A stretch of 64,000 nt of DNA from a virus, in the IMG/VR virus record IMGVR_UViG_3300017761_005873, positions 32,001 through 96,000 of that record; one strand, written 5' to 3'. Every line of letters begins with the position of its first letter. The first letter of the stretch is position 1. Under the pieces are notes generated by a model, which searched no databases, was not told the origin of the DNA, and saw nothing but the letters and a program-made list of their open reading frames with translations. Position numbers and translations under genes: made by a program. Of the stretch, positions 10,301-19,969 are shown piece after piece.

Positions 10301-11950
10301 ATATATATTTTCAACATTATTTTTATATGGTTCGTTATTAACGAATGTATAAAACTCTCTTGGGTTTAAAGGAGCATATTTACTTCTACCATCTTCTTCT
10401 CTATTTAATAAAGAATCAGAAATTATAGTATTTTTTAATGCTTGATAATATGAATCAATAAAATCCTCAATAAATATTATTTCAGACCAATTTTTAAAAT
10501 CATTTATTATTCCTGGATATACTAGTTTTCCATCTTGAATAACAGTTGGAAAACCCATTTTATCAAAAGTTTGTTGATTTCTATTCTCTGTATTAACAAT
10601 CTCATTGTATCCACTATCCCCTGCTTTTTTTATTCTACTCATTAGATAATTATAATCTTCAAAGATTATTTTAAATATATTACCTATTGATAATTTGGTT
10701 TCACCAAGAACTTCAGTTGGTAAATTAGATATTCTAACGTATTTATCATTATGAAATTTATATCCTTTTTCAAATATTTGGTTATCTTTATCATTAATTT
10801 TTTTAATTAATTCAGAATAATCAATAAATTCTATTACGAGTTGTGTAGTATTAAATGTTGTATAATCATATATTATTATATCTTCATTATCATCTAAAAT
10901 ATTAACATTTTTTTCTACTATTTCACGGATATATGTATAAAACTCACTTGACAATGATATATTTGTTAGTGAAGGAAAATTTATTTTATTATTTTTTAAA
11001 TCAAAAGTACAACTATTAACATAATTAATAACAGTATCTTTCAAACTTTGTGAAAAACTTATAAATTTTACATCTTCTTTAAACCAATTTAAAAAAATAT
11101 CTTTATTTTTAATATTTTCTAGTTTTTGTTGATAATTTGTTCTTTCTTCAGATAATTTTTGAAATTCTGCTTCATTTTCTTTTTCAACATCAGATTCAAG
11201 TGCTTGATTTAATTTTTCGTATAGTCTTTTTGATGAATTAGTTAATTCAAGAAAACTTTCAATAAATTCATCTTGTATGTTTACATCTGTACCATTTTTT
11301 AAATATGGTACTGCCATTAAATATAATAATGGTAAATCTGATAATGGTGAAAATCTATCTCCAATAAATTTACTTGTAATAATATAATTACCTGATTCAT
11401 CAACAGAAATATCATCTCTTATTTTCAATAATCTATATTCAATTATTGGACCAAATCCACCTTTAATTTTAAGTTGAAAAATAGGATATGGAAGTTGAAA
11501 CATTTTAGCATACTTACTATTAAAATCATTTAAAACATTTCCTCTTAAATCATAAAAAACTACAGTAACTTGTGGTATTTTATTTGCATCATATACAATA
11601 TCTACGCTATTAATACCAAAACCTTCATAGTTATTTTCAGTAGAATTATTTCCACCCATTAATTCATCTGTATATCTAGTTGAATAGTAAGTTTCATTAT
11701 CTTTATTTGTGAAATCTCCTCCTAACTTTAAAATAATACTATCCTGTACTGTTGACCTTGAACTAACTTCATCTCCAGTATATTCAATAAAGTTAGGATT
11801 TTTAGGTTTCATTGATAATTCAACAAAAGACCTAATATCTTCAAAATTAGGTATACCATTTTCAGTTGAACTAGTCCAAGGACTATTCTTTAATATTTGA
11901 CAATTAGGGTCTAATAAATTTATATTAACAAGATTGTTATCAACACACAT
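7325..11950 (-). CDS. Large baseplate hub / tail-associated protein with C-terminal GH24-like lysozyme domain
   Basis: 1541 aa; hub-like segment GNMGIQPTQYF...GLYIIHSVSHSI; lysozyme-like motif KEGFVDHTYWDVNNWRIGYG and QIALTYVSYGFG; late motif upstream. Confidence 0.7.
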   Translation of the reverse strand: MCVDNNLVNINLLDPNCQILKNSPWTSSTENGIPNFEDIRSFVELSMKPKNPNFIEYTGDEVSSRSTVQDSIILKLGGDFTNKDNETYYSTRYTDELMGGNNSTENNYEGFGINSVDIVYDANKIPQVTVVFYDLRGNVLNDFNSKYAKMFQLPYPIFQLKIKGGFGPIIEYRLLKIRDDISVDESGNYIITSKFIGDRFSPLSDLPLLYLMAVPYLKNGTDVNIQDEFIESFLELTNSSKRLYEKLNQALESDVEKENEAEFQKLSEERTNYQQKLENIKNKDIFLNWFKEDVKFISFSQSLKDTVINYVNSCTFDLKNNKINFPSLTNISLSSEFYTYIREIVEKNVNILDDNEDIIIYDYTTFNTTQLVIEFIDYSELIKKINDKDNQIFEKGYKFHNDKYVRISNLPTEVLGETKLSIGNIFKIIFEDYNYLMSRIKKAGDSGYNEIVNTENRNQQTFDKMGFPTVIQDGKLVYPGIINDFKNWSEIIFIEDFIDSYYQALKNTIISDSLLNREEDGRSKYAPLNPREFYTFVNNEPYKNNVENIYFNKTNKEFYQLIYERFLCLVNINISFTNLTPNEYSNWTNTQDVKQDWLTFTKELFVDKNVDSVEIKKSLFFLMAEIEARNIAYSVSLNDKLKKDITQLSNTFSDNFFYEEVNGIFANENHELFKGTVNDRKSLPLYNNIKLFDDNYVTVSTISPNKNLISDSSQPGDIISSFMKTLHDTKVQYKITKDNIFYIQDTKLNQNESDYDSIFAVKTLQKQLDEDGFISTLVERPDIVTTSMPTAFNMIKLYDNARYPSLIEIPRGILIVLGGLLKANVDFYPNKDILDIPVSFKLLDLKKLYIKKNTPIYNYLLEEYELSRIKFGFSYSYFINTNIPSLSNVDIISIKRTLGSPGNSEEIIEYFYQKRYLSVNDFSFTSYDNNNVFDSFFTGGIDSDTLYTQYLKVLLPKVAQFIKEDDKKIQDKLKSFGSYINDPEVKLAIYKSFQIIYENYLHGVEEADILLSVNNNDTSSFKFIDRAYKNIGNDCILDVKTLLNDINDTDVSLLSSISRLLSDNNFWFYPFQSFITTTKNYNTLFDINLNNPETTKPVFVAMYVGALSSNPNSLPTSQLQNDGITKDKIPSDFGTDLNAFLVKFTGLQNQSVFSNLQISTESLKNTDEGLRIQSEIINNSSNSYAIPKGQSLLNVYQKQSYVSTVKIPFGNMGIQPTQYFYQEHMPLFDGLYIIHSVSHSINADTQRLETTFKGYRLKKDTNPIITQQFVDFLNNDIYTQGLNDLGVLGNIDLPTFNPSDDFYTNARRFVIPKEGFVDHTYWDVNNWRIGYGSEIFALDSALKAKGDDRFNGKYYRTLPSDKTQWPRHIDLGTGIINFKKIDNGHVEKYNYNKSLTKRGLAQWDAARNDDKYKGYLTKFYTKNHADKAFDFTFKKFLDITRAVNPTGFAKLGQKAQIALTYVSYGFGSIRSKDPNMINIRAAIVSGSDADAAIALIKDLATKDGNWVKQTYYNSAKYIDSNIYNNITSDLQQKLIQYQIYL

Positions 11951-12067
11951 AAACAGTTACAAAAATAAATATTCTATTTTCTATAATTAGTTTTCTTTTA
12001 TTCATTAGTTTATATTGTTATTAGAACCCTTTTATTATGGTTTCCAGAATTTCCAATAAATAAATGA

Positions 12068-12991
12068 TTATTTAACTCTCCTTGTGGTTAGTTTAACATT
12101 AGATTTAATTTCATCATAACCTGTCTCATAAACAACTATCATATCATTTTGTCTCTTAGTAATAAATCTACTATACTTTTCAGGACAATTTATTGATAGA
12201 TATTTTCTTACATTAAATGTAATAGGAAATGAATCAATTAACTTAAATTTTTTCTTATATTCTAATAAAGATAATAAAGAAGATTTTTTCTTCATCTTAG
12301 AACCCCAAGATTTACTTCTATTAAATTTATTAGATATAAAAGAATTAGAAACACCTAAATATTCTTTATCATCCATATAGAGATTAGAACTAAGGTGGTT
12401 TGGATTTTCCTTTTTAATTGAATCTCCCTTAGTTTTTTTCTCTGAATTATAAATATTCTTTAAATATCTCTTTGTATTTTCGCTACCATTATCATAGCGT
12501 TTTAACAAATTATTGCTAACTAAATATTGTTTAAAAATTAATTTATTTTTATATTTTAATTGATATTTTAAAATTAAACTTTCAGTAGCACTAAATGTTA
12601 AAAATTTAAGATTCTTAAAATCAGATACATTTAAAACAAATGATGTCTTAGTTAAGATATCATCATTATAATCATTATTTATGTATACTAATCTTTTTAT
12701 CTTTTTTAAACCATTTATAAAAAGTGTATTAGTCTTAATATTATATCCAAAGTAATTTTTATCTATTAAACTTTGAATATGTTTATTTAGTGTTCTTTGA
12801 CTAATATCTAAATGGTTTGAAATATCGTTTTTAATTTTATTATTTAACTTACAATTCCCTGATGTATGAAATGCAAAACTTAAATATGTTTTAAATTCAT
12901 TGAATTCATAGGTAGATGAAGACACAATTGTGTTCACCATTTGTAATGGCAAATGCATATGTGTTTTAACCTTACTCACCCTTAAATTCAA
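12068..12991 (-). CDS. Basic winged-helix DNA-binding protein (possible replication initiator or regulator)
   Basis: HTH-like DISNHLDISQRTLNKHIQSLIDKNY and a second HTH-like SNSFISNKFNRSKSWGSKMKK; TTG start at 12991, alternative ATG at 12958. Confidence 0.55.
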   Translation of the reverse strand: MNLRVSKVKTHMHLPLQMVNTIVSSSTYEFNEFKTYLSFAFHTSGNCKLNNKIKNDISNHLDISQRTLNKHIQSLIDKNYFGYNIKTNTLFINGLKKIKRLVYINNDYNDDILTKTSFVLNVSDFKNLKFLTFSATESLILKYQLKYKNKLIFKQYLVSNNLLKRYDNGSENTKRYLKNIYNSEKKTKGDSIKKENPNHLSSNLYMDDKEYLGVSNSFISNKFNRSKSWGSKMKKKSSLLSLLEYKKKFKLIDSFPITFNVRKYLSINCPEKYSRFITKRQNDMIVVYETGYDEIKSNVKLTTRRVK

Positions 12992-13011
12992 AATAAAAAC
13001 TTTACTGAAGT

Positions 13012-13019
13012 CAAATATA
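13012..13019 (-). promoter_or_regulatory. Bacteroidota-type -7 promoter element (TATATTTG)
   Basis: TAnnTTTG match immediately upstream of the wHTH gene. Confidence 0.55.
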
Positions 13020-13023
13020 TGCT

Positions 13024-15237
13024 TTATTTTGGCATTAGACCTTTTTTGACAATAATTGGAATCATTCTTTCTACTTTTTTATAAAACTTATCCCCATCAA
13101 TATCAATCGTAATATCATTTTTAATAACAGGATTACCATCAAGAGTAACCTTCATAGTTCCACTTGCAAACAATTTACCTAAATTATCTAATTTTGATAA
13201 ATCAATAGAATTAATTCTGTTTAAAATATCAAACATTTCATTCATTCTTTCAATATCACTTTCTTTGAAGTTTTGTAAAACTTTCAATTTATCCATGTTA
13301 TTGAAATCTACATTATTCAATGATTCTAAACCTGTAAAATTTAAATTTTCTGTATTAAAACCTTCAAACATTTTACCAAGACCATAACCTGCTGCACCAA
13401 CACCTGCTCCAATCAAAGCAACAGCAGCACCCAACTCTATTAACGACACAGCAGCAGCAGCAGCACCAGGTGCTAAAGTAATTAAAGAAGATATACCACC
13501 TGTTAACAATCTAAATGCACCACCAATACCACCTGCTATTAAACCTACCAAACTCTTAATTAGCCCACCACCCAAACTAAATACAGCAGTTGCTGCGGTT
13601 GCACCAAATAATAAACCTCCAATAGGTAATATCCCAGCAATTGATTTCATTTTACCTGTTGATTCTCTCCAACCATCCATAATACCATTAAACCATTTTA
13701 ATGTATCATTAATATATACTAACAATGGCAGTAATGATGCTTTTAATTGCATTACTGTATTATCAAATGTTTCATTAAAGTTTTGTGAATCTTCTGCTCT
13801 TTGTTTTAATGTTTTTTCTTGCTGTCTTAAAAGACTTATTTGTTCACCTGTTAATTCATTTACTTTAAAGTTTTTACCATCAATTTCAATTGTAGCAATG
13901 CTTGAACCTTTTTGAAAAGTTGCTAAATTAGCAATGATTTCCTTGTCTTCCTCTGTACCTCCAATTATTTGTTTTCTTGCTAAACTTACTTGATTGAATT
14001 TTTTAGCTGACTCAACTAATTTAGTAAAATCTTGATTTGTTGCTTCTGCTGCTGACCTTAAAATATCCATATTAATATCAGAAACCTCAAATACACCTGT
14101 TTCTTTATTAAATGATGCCATACCTTTGGTCATTTTGGCTAATTCTGCTGTTAATTTTTCAGGTTCATTTCTTGCAAGAAACGAAATCTTAAATTCATCC
14201 ATTTTTGCAAATTCACCACCTAAAACTCTTAGTTGCGCTCCTGCTTCAAGTAGTCCTTCTAATGTTCTGAATTTATCAGCAACAGCAAAAGCATTTTCCA
14301 TTGATACTTTAAATTTAGTTGATTCTTGAACCATCTTTTTTAATCCATCAAGACCACCTTGAAATCTATATTGATTTAATTTACCTATGTTTGAAGTAAT
14401 ACCTTTTAATACAGTTGAAGAATTTAATCCAAGTTTTGCAGTTTCATTTACAGTACCCTCAATAAATTTAGTTGAATCATTAATTGAAGAACCTATATTC
14501 ATCATATTACCAAGAAAAGCAGCAGCCTCTTCATTAGCCATACCTGTTCCTTTGGCAATTAAAACCATATTACCAACTTGGTTTTCACTTAAAACATTTG
14601 CTCTACCTGTTGTCTCATTTAGAGTACTTTGCATTTGAACAAGTTGTTCCATATTTACACCAAATCGTGCTGAAATATTTACAGCACCTTCCATTTGTCT
14701 TCTAAAGTCTTCAGCACGTTCTCCTGTAATACCCATTGATAACTGCATTGACCTAATACCACCATCAATTTTTTGTAAATAACTCCAAATACTTTTTACT
14801 CCAAACTCTTGTTTAAGCCAAGATTTTGTTTGTGAAATTAATTCATTACCAATTGCTTCAAGAGCATTTCTTTCTTGATTAATAACACTTAATTCATCAT
14901 TTATAATTTCTTTATTTTGTGCTAATAATGTTATTCTTTGTTTAAGTAATTTAATTCTTTCATGTTCTATTTGGCTCATAGCAAGACCACCTTCTCTTTC
15001 TCTTTTTTCAATGTAGGCTATGATTTCTTCCTCCTCCTTTTTTAATGATAATATAGTTTTTTCTAATGTTGTCCTTTGTCTAAGTCTTTCATTTATTGAA
15101 TTTTGAGTATTTAAAAATCCATTAATAGAACTATTTTGTTCACTAAGAATAGAACTAACTCTATTATAAACATCAGCAAGTTCATTTGCCGATGTTATAG
15201 TTTCTGCTAAAGCTTTTAATCTTTCCTCTGGTGTCAT
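13024..15237 (-). CDS. Tape measure protein
   Basis: 737 aa, helical, Ala/Gly-rich hydrophobic C-terminal third, N-terminal coiled coil, terminal IDIDG motif; downstream of the tail chaperone. Confidence 0.75.
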   Translation of the reverse strand: MTPEERLKALAETITSANELADVYNRVSSILSEQNSSINGFLNTQNSINERLRQRTTLEKTILSLKKEEEEIIAYIEKREREGGLAMSQIEHERIKLLKQRITLLAQNKEIINDELSVINQERNALEAIGNELISQTKSWLKQEFGVKSIWSYLQKIDGGIRSMQLSMGITGERAEDFRRQMEGAVNISARFGVNMEQLVQMQSTLNETTGRANVLSENQVGNMVLIAKGTGMANEEAAAFLGNMMNIGSSINDSTKFIEGTVNETAKLGLNSSTVLKGITSNIGKLNQYRFQGGLDGLKKMVQESTKFKVSMENAFAVADKFRTLEGLLEAGAQLRVLGGEFAKMDEFKISFLARNEPEKLTAELAKMTKGMASFNKETGVFEVSDINMDILRSAAEATNQDFTKLVESAKKFNQVSLARKQIIGGTEEDKEIIANLATFQKGSSIATIEIDGKNFKVNELTGEQISLLRQQEKTLKQRAEDSQNFNETFDNTVMQLKASLLPLLVYINDTLKWFNGIMDGWRESTGKMKSIAGILPIGGLLFGATAATAVFSLGGGLIKSLVGLIAGGIGGAFRLLTGGISSLITLAPGAAAAAVSLIELGAAVALIGAGVGAAGYGLGKMFEGFNTENLNFTGLESLNNVDFNNMDKLKVLQNFKESDIERMNEMFDILNRINSIDLSKLDNLGKLFASGTMKVTLDGNPVIKNDITIDIDGDKFYKKVERMIPIIVKKGLMPK

Positions 15238-15242
15238 TTAAT

Positions 15243-16199
15243 TTATACAAAATTAGTAATATTTAGTGTTCCTTGTATTGGTCCTGGGGTAACGTTTCTT
15301 ATTTCAATAAAACAATTTATTGGATTGTTAAGCATTGTCCTAACATTAATCATTCCTTGATGTGCAAATAATATATCATAATTTTGTGTTATTATATTTG
15401 TATAATAATAACCAATTGGAATAGTATTAGGTCTATTACCAAATCCACTAGGTCTACTACTAAGATTTAAATTAACAATAGAAGATTGTGGTGTATTAAA
15501 ATTTCTAATTATATTTCCTACATTTGTAGGAAGTTGTTGTGCATTAAAAGTAAATGATATTTGATGCCTATTTTGTTGAGTACTTGATTGAGTATTATCA
15601 ATTCTTCTAAATTCTTGTGCAACCAAACCAACATAATAATTTGTATTTACCTGACTACCATATAGCGGTGGATTTTGACCTAATAAATTATTTAGATTTG
15701 AATATTTTCCTTTATTTAGATTTTGAAAATCACTTCCAATTCCTAACGAATAATAATAATTACCATTATTTTTTTGTGTAAAAACATTTCTAATATCTAA
15801 TGGATTATAAGTAATATTTTGACCTGAAATAGCTGTATATAAACTTAAAGAAGCATAATTTTCTAACTCTTCTATTGGCATACCTATTATTTCATTACCA
15901 ATATATGGATATAAATGTGCTACCTGATTACTATCACTAAAATATACACCAAATTCATAACTAAAAACATTAGGAAAAAATGGTTGATTAACTGAACCAA
16001 ATTTATAAAAATTAAATGTTAAACCAACTATGTCAGTAATAGTTCTAATACCTTCATCAGCACCTTCCAATCCCCTCCCTTTTGCAATTCTTGATGATTT
16101 AAATATATCTCTACCAAGATTACCACCTAATTGCCCACTTACTTGACGATATCTATTATTAATAGCTTCATTTAAAATCTTATAAGATAAAATTTGCAT
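15243..16199 (-). CDS. Hypothetical N/Q-rich late protein
   Basis: 318 aa, has its own late motif (16213-16222), ILNE near the N-terminus. Confidence 0.75.
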   Translation of the reverse strand: MQILSYKILNEAINNRYRQVSGQLGGNLGRDIFKSSRIAKGRGLEGADEGIRTITDIVGLTFNFYKFGSVNQPFFPNVFSYEFGVYFSDSNQVAHLYPYIGNEIIGMPIEELENYASLSLYTAISGQNITYNPLDIRNVFTQKNNGNYYYSLGIGSDFQNLNKGKYSNLNNLLGQNPPLYGSQVNTNYYVGLVAQEFRRIDNTQSSTQQNRHQISFTFNAQQLPTNVGNIIRNFNTPQSSIVNLNLSSRPSGFGNRPNTIPIGYYYTNIITQNYDILFAHQGMINVRTMLNNPINCFIEIRNVTPGPIQGTLNITNFV

Positions 16200-16224
16200 G
16201 TTATAATTTTAATATAAATAGACA

Positions 16225-16485
16225 TTAAATAGACTTATAACCTGCTGCTCTTTCTTTTTCCTGTAATAGTTTCTTATTTTTTTCAAAAATAATATTTATT
16301 ATTTTTTTACGAAAATAAGTTGGTATCATGTACATTACATCATAGTATGAATAATTATTTTCAACAAGAAAATTAATCTCTTGCGCTATTAATTCCTCAT
16401 ACCTTGGCTCTTGGATAAAAAAAGTCAATACCGAAGGTAATCTTACTACGAAAAAAGTCACCTGTGAATTTCCCTTCAAATTCAT
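16225..16485 (-). CDS. Small tail/baseplate assembly protein; possibly the frameshift extension of the upstream chaperone
   Basis: Overlaps the upstream gene by 89 nt; protein-like part EINFLVENNYSYYDVMYMIPTYFRK follows a T7 run. Confidence 0.55.
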   Translation of the reverse strand: MNLKGNSQVTFFVVRLPSVLTFFIQEPRYEELIAQEINFLVENNYSYYDVMYMIPTYFRKKIINIIFEKNKKLLQEKERAAGYKSI

Positions 16486-17191
16486 AATTATAATTTAAAC
16501 CAGGTTCTACATCAAGTATATATGTTCTTAAATCTAATGCATCTTTTGGTGGCATTAGTTTAACAAACTTTTCAATAAATGTTCTATCAGTTTCACCTGC
16601 TATTGTTTCTATTTGTGTAATAATTCTTTCCTGCATATCAAAAATTGGTGAACCATTTTTATATTTTGCAAGTTTTTCAATTCTTTGGTCTAATTTCTTT
16701 TTTTCACCATGTGTTAACAATTTGAATGTCACATCTGTCTTACAAATTGGTAAGTGAAAACTATATGTGTTATCAGGACCTGTTGGTTGTATAATTTCTT
16801 TATACCCCATTTTTGATAAATCAATGGTGGTTTCAAACATTTGACCATTTGTATCACGAACTTGTACAGGATATTCTTCACCATATGCAAATCTTCTTAA
16901 AAATAGAAGTACAGCATCTAAATCACCTGTTAACAACTCTTCAATTGACATTGTTGAATTAAATTCAGGGTCTTTAATTTTATTTTTTGCTAGTAGTTCA
17001 AAACCTGTACCATTTTTGATATAGTTTTCAGATAAAAGATATTGTTCATCTGATGCAGTCATATACTCTACCATGACTTTATCAATACCTGATTCATAAA
17101 ATAGACCTTGTGATGGGAAATCAACATAGTCAGATACAACTTTTGGAAGCAAACTATCAAGTTTTGCTTTTGAATTTGAAACATTTTCCAT
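16397..17191 (-). CDS. Baseplate hub / tail assembly chaperone (T4 gp26-like)
   Basis: Motifs FPSQGLFY, YMTASDEQYL, LLTGDLDAVLLFLRRFAYG, VTFKLLT, terminal DFFYP. Confidence 0.7.
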   Translation of the reverse strand: MENVSNSKAKLDSLLPKVVSDYVDFPSQGLFYESGIDKVMVEYMTASDEQYLLSENYIKNGTGFELLAKNKIKDPEFNSTMSIEELLTGDLDAVLLFLRRFAYGEEYPVQVRDTNGQMFETTIDLSKMGYKEIIQPTGPDNTYSFHLPICKTDVTFKLLTHGEKKKLDQRIEKLAKYKNGSPIFDMQERIITQIETIAGETDRTFIEKFVKLMPPKDALDLRTYILDVEPGLNYNYEFEGKFTGDFFRSKITFGIDFFYPRAKV

Positions 17192-17205
17192 AGATATAAT
17201 TTTAA

Positions 17206-17238
17206 TATAAATAGTTTCAATTTAATGCACTATTTATT
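17206..17238. promoter_or_regulatory. Back-to-back late promoter motifs
   Basis: TATAAATAGT at 17206-17215 (ACTATTTATA on minus) and ACTATTTATT at 17229-17238 on plus, between divergent genes. Confidence 0.65.
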
Positions 17239-17252
17239 ATAAAAAAACATAT

Positions 17253-18137
17253 ATGAAATCCATTTCAGAAGTTTGGTTACCACAGATTAAGGAAGAAAAT
17301 GTTAATGAAATCCTTCAAGAATTAAAAGATAGCGGTGTTATTGTAAAAAATGTTCTTGTTGAACCAAGTTATTTAAAACCACTTCAAAAGAAAGTTACCA
17401 AACATAAAATTGATGAAATAAATCAACTTGTTGATAATGATTCATATCTTCCTAAAACATGGGTTGATGCTAATAATAATATTTTAGATGGTCATCATAG
17501 AGCATATGTTTATCAAACAAGACCCGATATATCAAAAGTTGAGTGTTTTAAAATATTTTTAAATTCAAATGATGCTTGCAGATTATTAAATAAAATTCAA
17601 GATAGAATTGAATTTAAAAAAGAATATAATATTACTGAACCAACCTCATATAGTATGTTTAATCCTTTAGAAAGGGAAATATCAAACATAAATCAACCAA
17701 AAGCAAAATACTTAGGTAAAGATTCTGAACAAGACTTACAGCAAGAAGATGCTACACAAAATAATTTAACATTTGATGATGTTACAAATAAAACTTGTAC
17801 TCTTTATTCAGTAAGACCTTTTGATAAAGGAAATACTTCAGGATTTATTATGTCATTTACAAAAGATAAAGGATATGATAAAGAATATGAAATACTTTTT
17901 GATAAGGTATTGAATGTACCAAAAGAAGAAATGGATTTATATGAACCATTTTATTTAGCAGGTATGTATATCCTTGACCCTAATTTTGAAAAAGAACCAA
18001 GTAAGATTAAAAAAATGGCTTCTGATGTAAACAAAGTTTATGCTGAATTTATTAAAGATAGATTAAATGGTTTTGCAAAAAGAGCAGGTTATGATGGTAT
18101 AAACTTTGGGGATAAATTAATGTTAATTATTACATAA
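17253..18137 (+). CDS. ParB/Sulfiredoxin-like N-terminal domain protein
   Basis: LKPLQ...ILDGHHR motif typical of the ParB/Srx fold. Confidence 0.65.
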   Translation: MKSISEVWLPQIKEENVNEILQELKDSGVIVKNVLVEPSYLKPLQKKVTKHKIDEINQLVDNDSYLPKTWVDANNNILDGHHRAYVYQTRPDISKVECFKIFLNSNDACRLLNKIQDRIEFKKEYNITEPTSYSMFNPLEREISNINQPKAKYLGKDSEQDLQQEDATQNNLTFDDVTNKTCTLYSVRPFDKGNTSGFIMSFTKDKGYDKEYEILFDKVLNVPKEEMDLYEPFYLAGMYILDPNFEKEPSKIKKMASDVNKVYAEFIKDRLNGFAKRAGYDGINFGDKLMLIIT

Positions 18138-18529
18138 TGGCAAATAATAAAACGATATCAATAGCATTTCCATTTAGAGATGATGGAATAGATGGTAAAT
18201 TATTAAAGATGAATACCACAAGTCTTGATGATATTCGTTCTTCATTATATTTCTTTGTTACAACTAAAAAAGGAGAAAGATGGTATGACCCTGATTTTGG
18301 AACAAGACTATATGAATTTCTTTTTGAAAAAAATGATATGATTGTTGCATCAGAAATAAAAGAATCATTAAAAAAAGATATTGAAAAATATTTTAAAAAC
18401 TTATTAATTGAAGATATTACAATTGACCAAACAGAAAATACAAATACTTTAAATCTAAATATTGATTTTTTATATACAAATCTATACACAACTACATCAG
18501 ATAATATTTCAATATCTTTTAATGCATAA
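18137..18529 (+). CDS. Baseplate wedge subunit, gp25-like
   Basis: IRSSL..TKKGERWYDPDFGTRLYEFLFE signature. Confidence 0.9.
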   Translation: MANNKTISIAFPFRDDGIDGKLLKMNTTSLDDIRSSLYFFVTTKKGERWYDPDFGTRLYEFLFEKNDMIVASEIKESLKKDIEKYFKNLLIEDITIDQTENTNTLNLNIDFLYTNLYTTTSDNISISFNA

Positions 18530-18565
18530 CATTTTATCGTATTTTAAGTAAATTGTACTTAATTT

Positions 18566-19969
18566 ATGAAAAAACCAAGAATTTTGATTACCAACATGGA
18601 TGTTCATGGTGTTAATTTTTATCGCTCTGAACAACCTGCAATATCTTTATCAAAACTTTATGATGATGAATTTGAAATTGATTATATTAAAAATATAAAT
18701 TGGAATGACGATGAATTTTTAAAACAATATGATATTATTCATGGTCATAGAACTCTTTGTGATTTTTCTCAAATGCCAATGCTTGTTGATAAACTTCATT
18801 CATTTGGAGTTAAAGTAATTCTTGATATTGATGATTATTGGGAAGTATCAAGAGAACATCCTCTTTATCATGCCGTTAAAAAAGATAATCTAAAAGATAA
18901 AATTGTTGGTAATTTAAAAATTGTTGATGCTGTTTCAACCACAACATCTGTTTACGCAGATTATATTAAACCATATAATAAAAATATTTTAATAATTCCA
19001 AATGGTGTTAATAGAAATTTAAAAGAATGGATTCCTGCTAATGATAAATGCTCATATGATAAAATGAGAATTCTTTATCTTGCAGGTTCATCTCACCTAC
19101 AAGATGTTTCACTTTTAAAAGATAGTTTTGAAAGGCTTGTAAGCGATACATCATTAACAGATAAGTTTCAGGTTCATCTTTCAGGTTTTGACCTTAGAGG
19201 TACGACTACAAATTATATTGTTAATGAAGAATTTATTAAAGAAATGCAATCAATGGGTCTTTTTAATGAACATGTTTATAAAAAACTTGTTGCAAATAAT
19301 TTTGATATTGTTAATACACCTGAAATTCCAAGAGAACTTGTTCAAAAATATAATGGAAAGGTATTAGATGAACAAACTAGACCAATTAATCCTCAAGAAA
19401 CGGTTTGGACAAGATATGAAGAAATATTTACTTCAAATTATAAACTTATTAAAGATAAAGATTACTATGATTTTCTAATGAAGTTTGATTTGGATGCTGT
19501 TTATGAAAAACAATCTGAACAAAACTATTTTAGACATAAAACTCAAGGTCTTTATAAATTTGCTGCAAATTATAAACATGGTGATGTGGCACTTGCACCA
19601 ATTAAAGTTTATGGTAAAGGTGTTATGGATGATAATTCTGATAATCGTTATCAATTTGCTAAATCAAATCTTAAAATTATTGAAGCAGCTTTTCATAAAG
19701 TTCCTGTAATTGCCTCTGATGTTCCAATTTATAATCACGATAAGGATTGGGTTGATGGAAAAAATATTTTATTTTTAAATCCTGATAGACAATATAAAGA
19801 TTGGTATAAAAAGATTAAATATTGCATCAATAATCCAAACCATGTTAAGGATATGGGTGAAGCAGCTTATGAATTGGCTTGTAAAAGATATGACATAGAT
19901 GTTCTAAGCCATACTAGAGCAGATTTTTATAGAGGTTTAATTAAACAAGAACAACCCGAATTGGTTTAG
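18566..19969 (+). CDS. Glycosyltransferase (GT-B fold, GT4-like)
   Basis: YR..QP, ILDIDDYW, IIPNGV, AGSSHLQD, DVALAP, KSNLKIIEA, PVIASD motifs. Confidence 0.85.
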   Translation: MKKPRILITNMDVHGVNFYRSEQPAISLSKLYDDEFEIDYIKNINWNDDEFLKQYDIIHGHRTLCDFSQMPMLVDKLHSFGVKVILDIDDYWEVSREHPLYHAVKKDNLKDKIVGNLKIVDAVSTTTSVYADYIKPYNKNILIIPNGVNRNLKEWIPANDKCSYDKMRILYLAGSSHLQDVSLLKDSFERLVSDTSLTDKFQVHLSGFDLRGTTTNYIVNEEFIKEMQSMGLFNEHVYKKLVANNFDIVNTPEIPRELVQKYNGKVLDEQTRPINPQETVWTRYEEIFTSNYKLIKDKDYYDFLMKFDLDAVYEKQSEQNYFRHKTQGLYKFAANYKHGDVALAPIKVYGKGVMDDNSDNRYQFAKSNLKIIEAAFHKVPVIASDVPIYNHDKDWVDGKNILFLNPDRQYKDWYKKIKYCINNPNHVKDMGEAAYELACKRYDIDVLSHTRADFYRGLIKQEQPELV

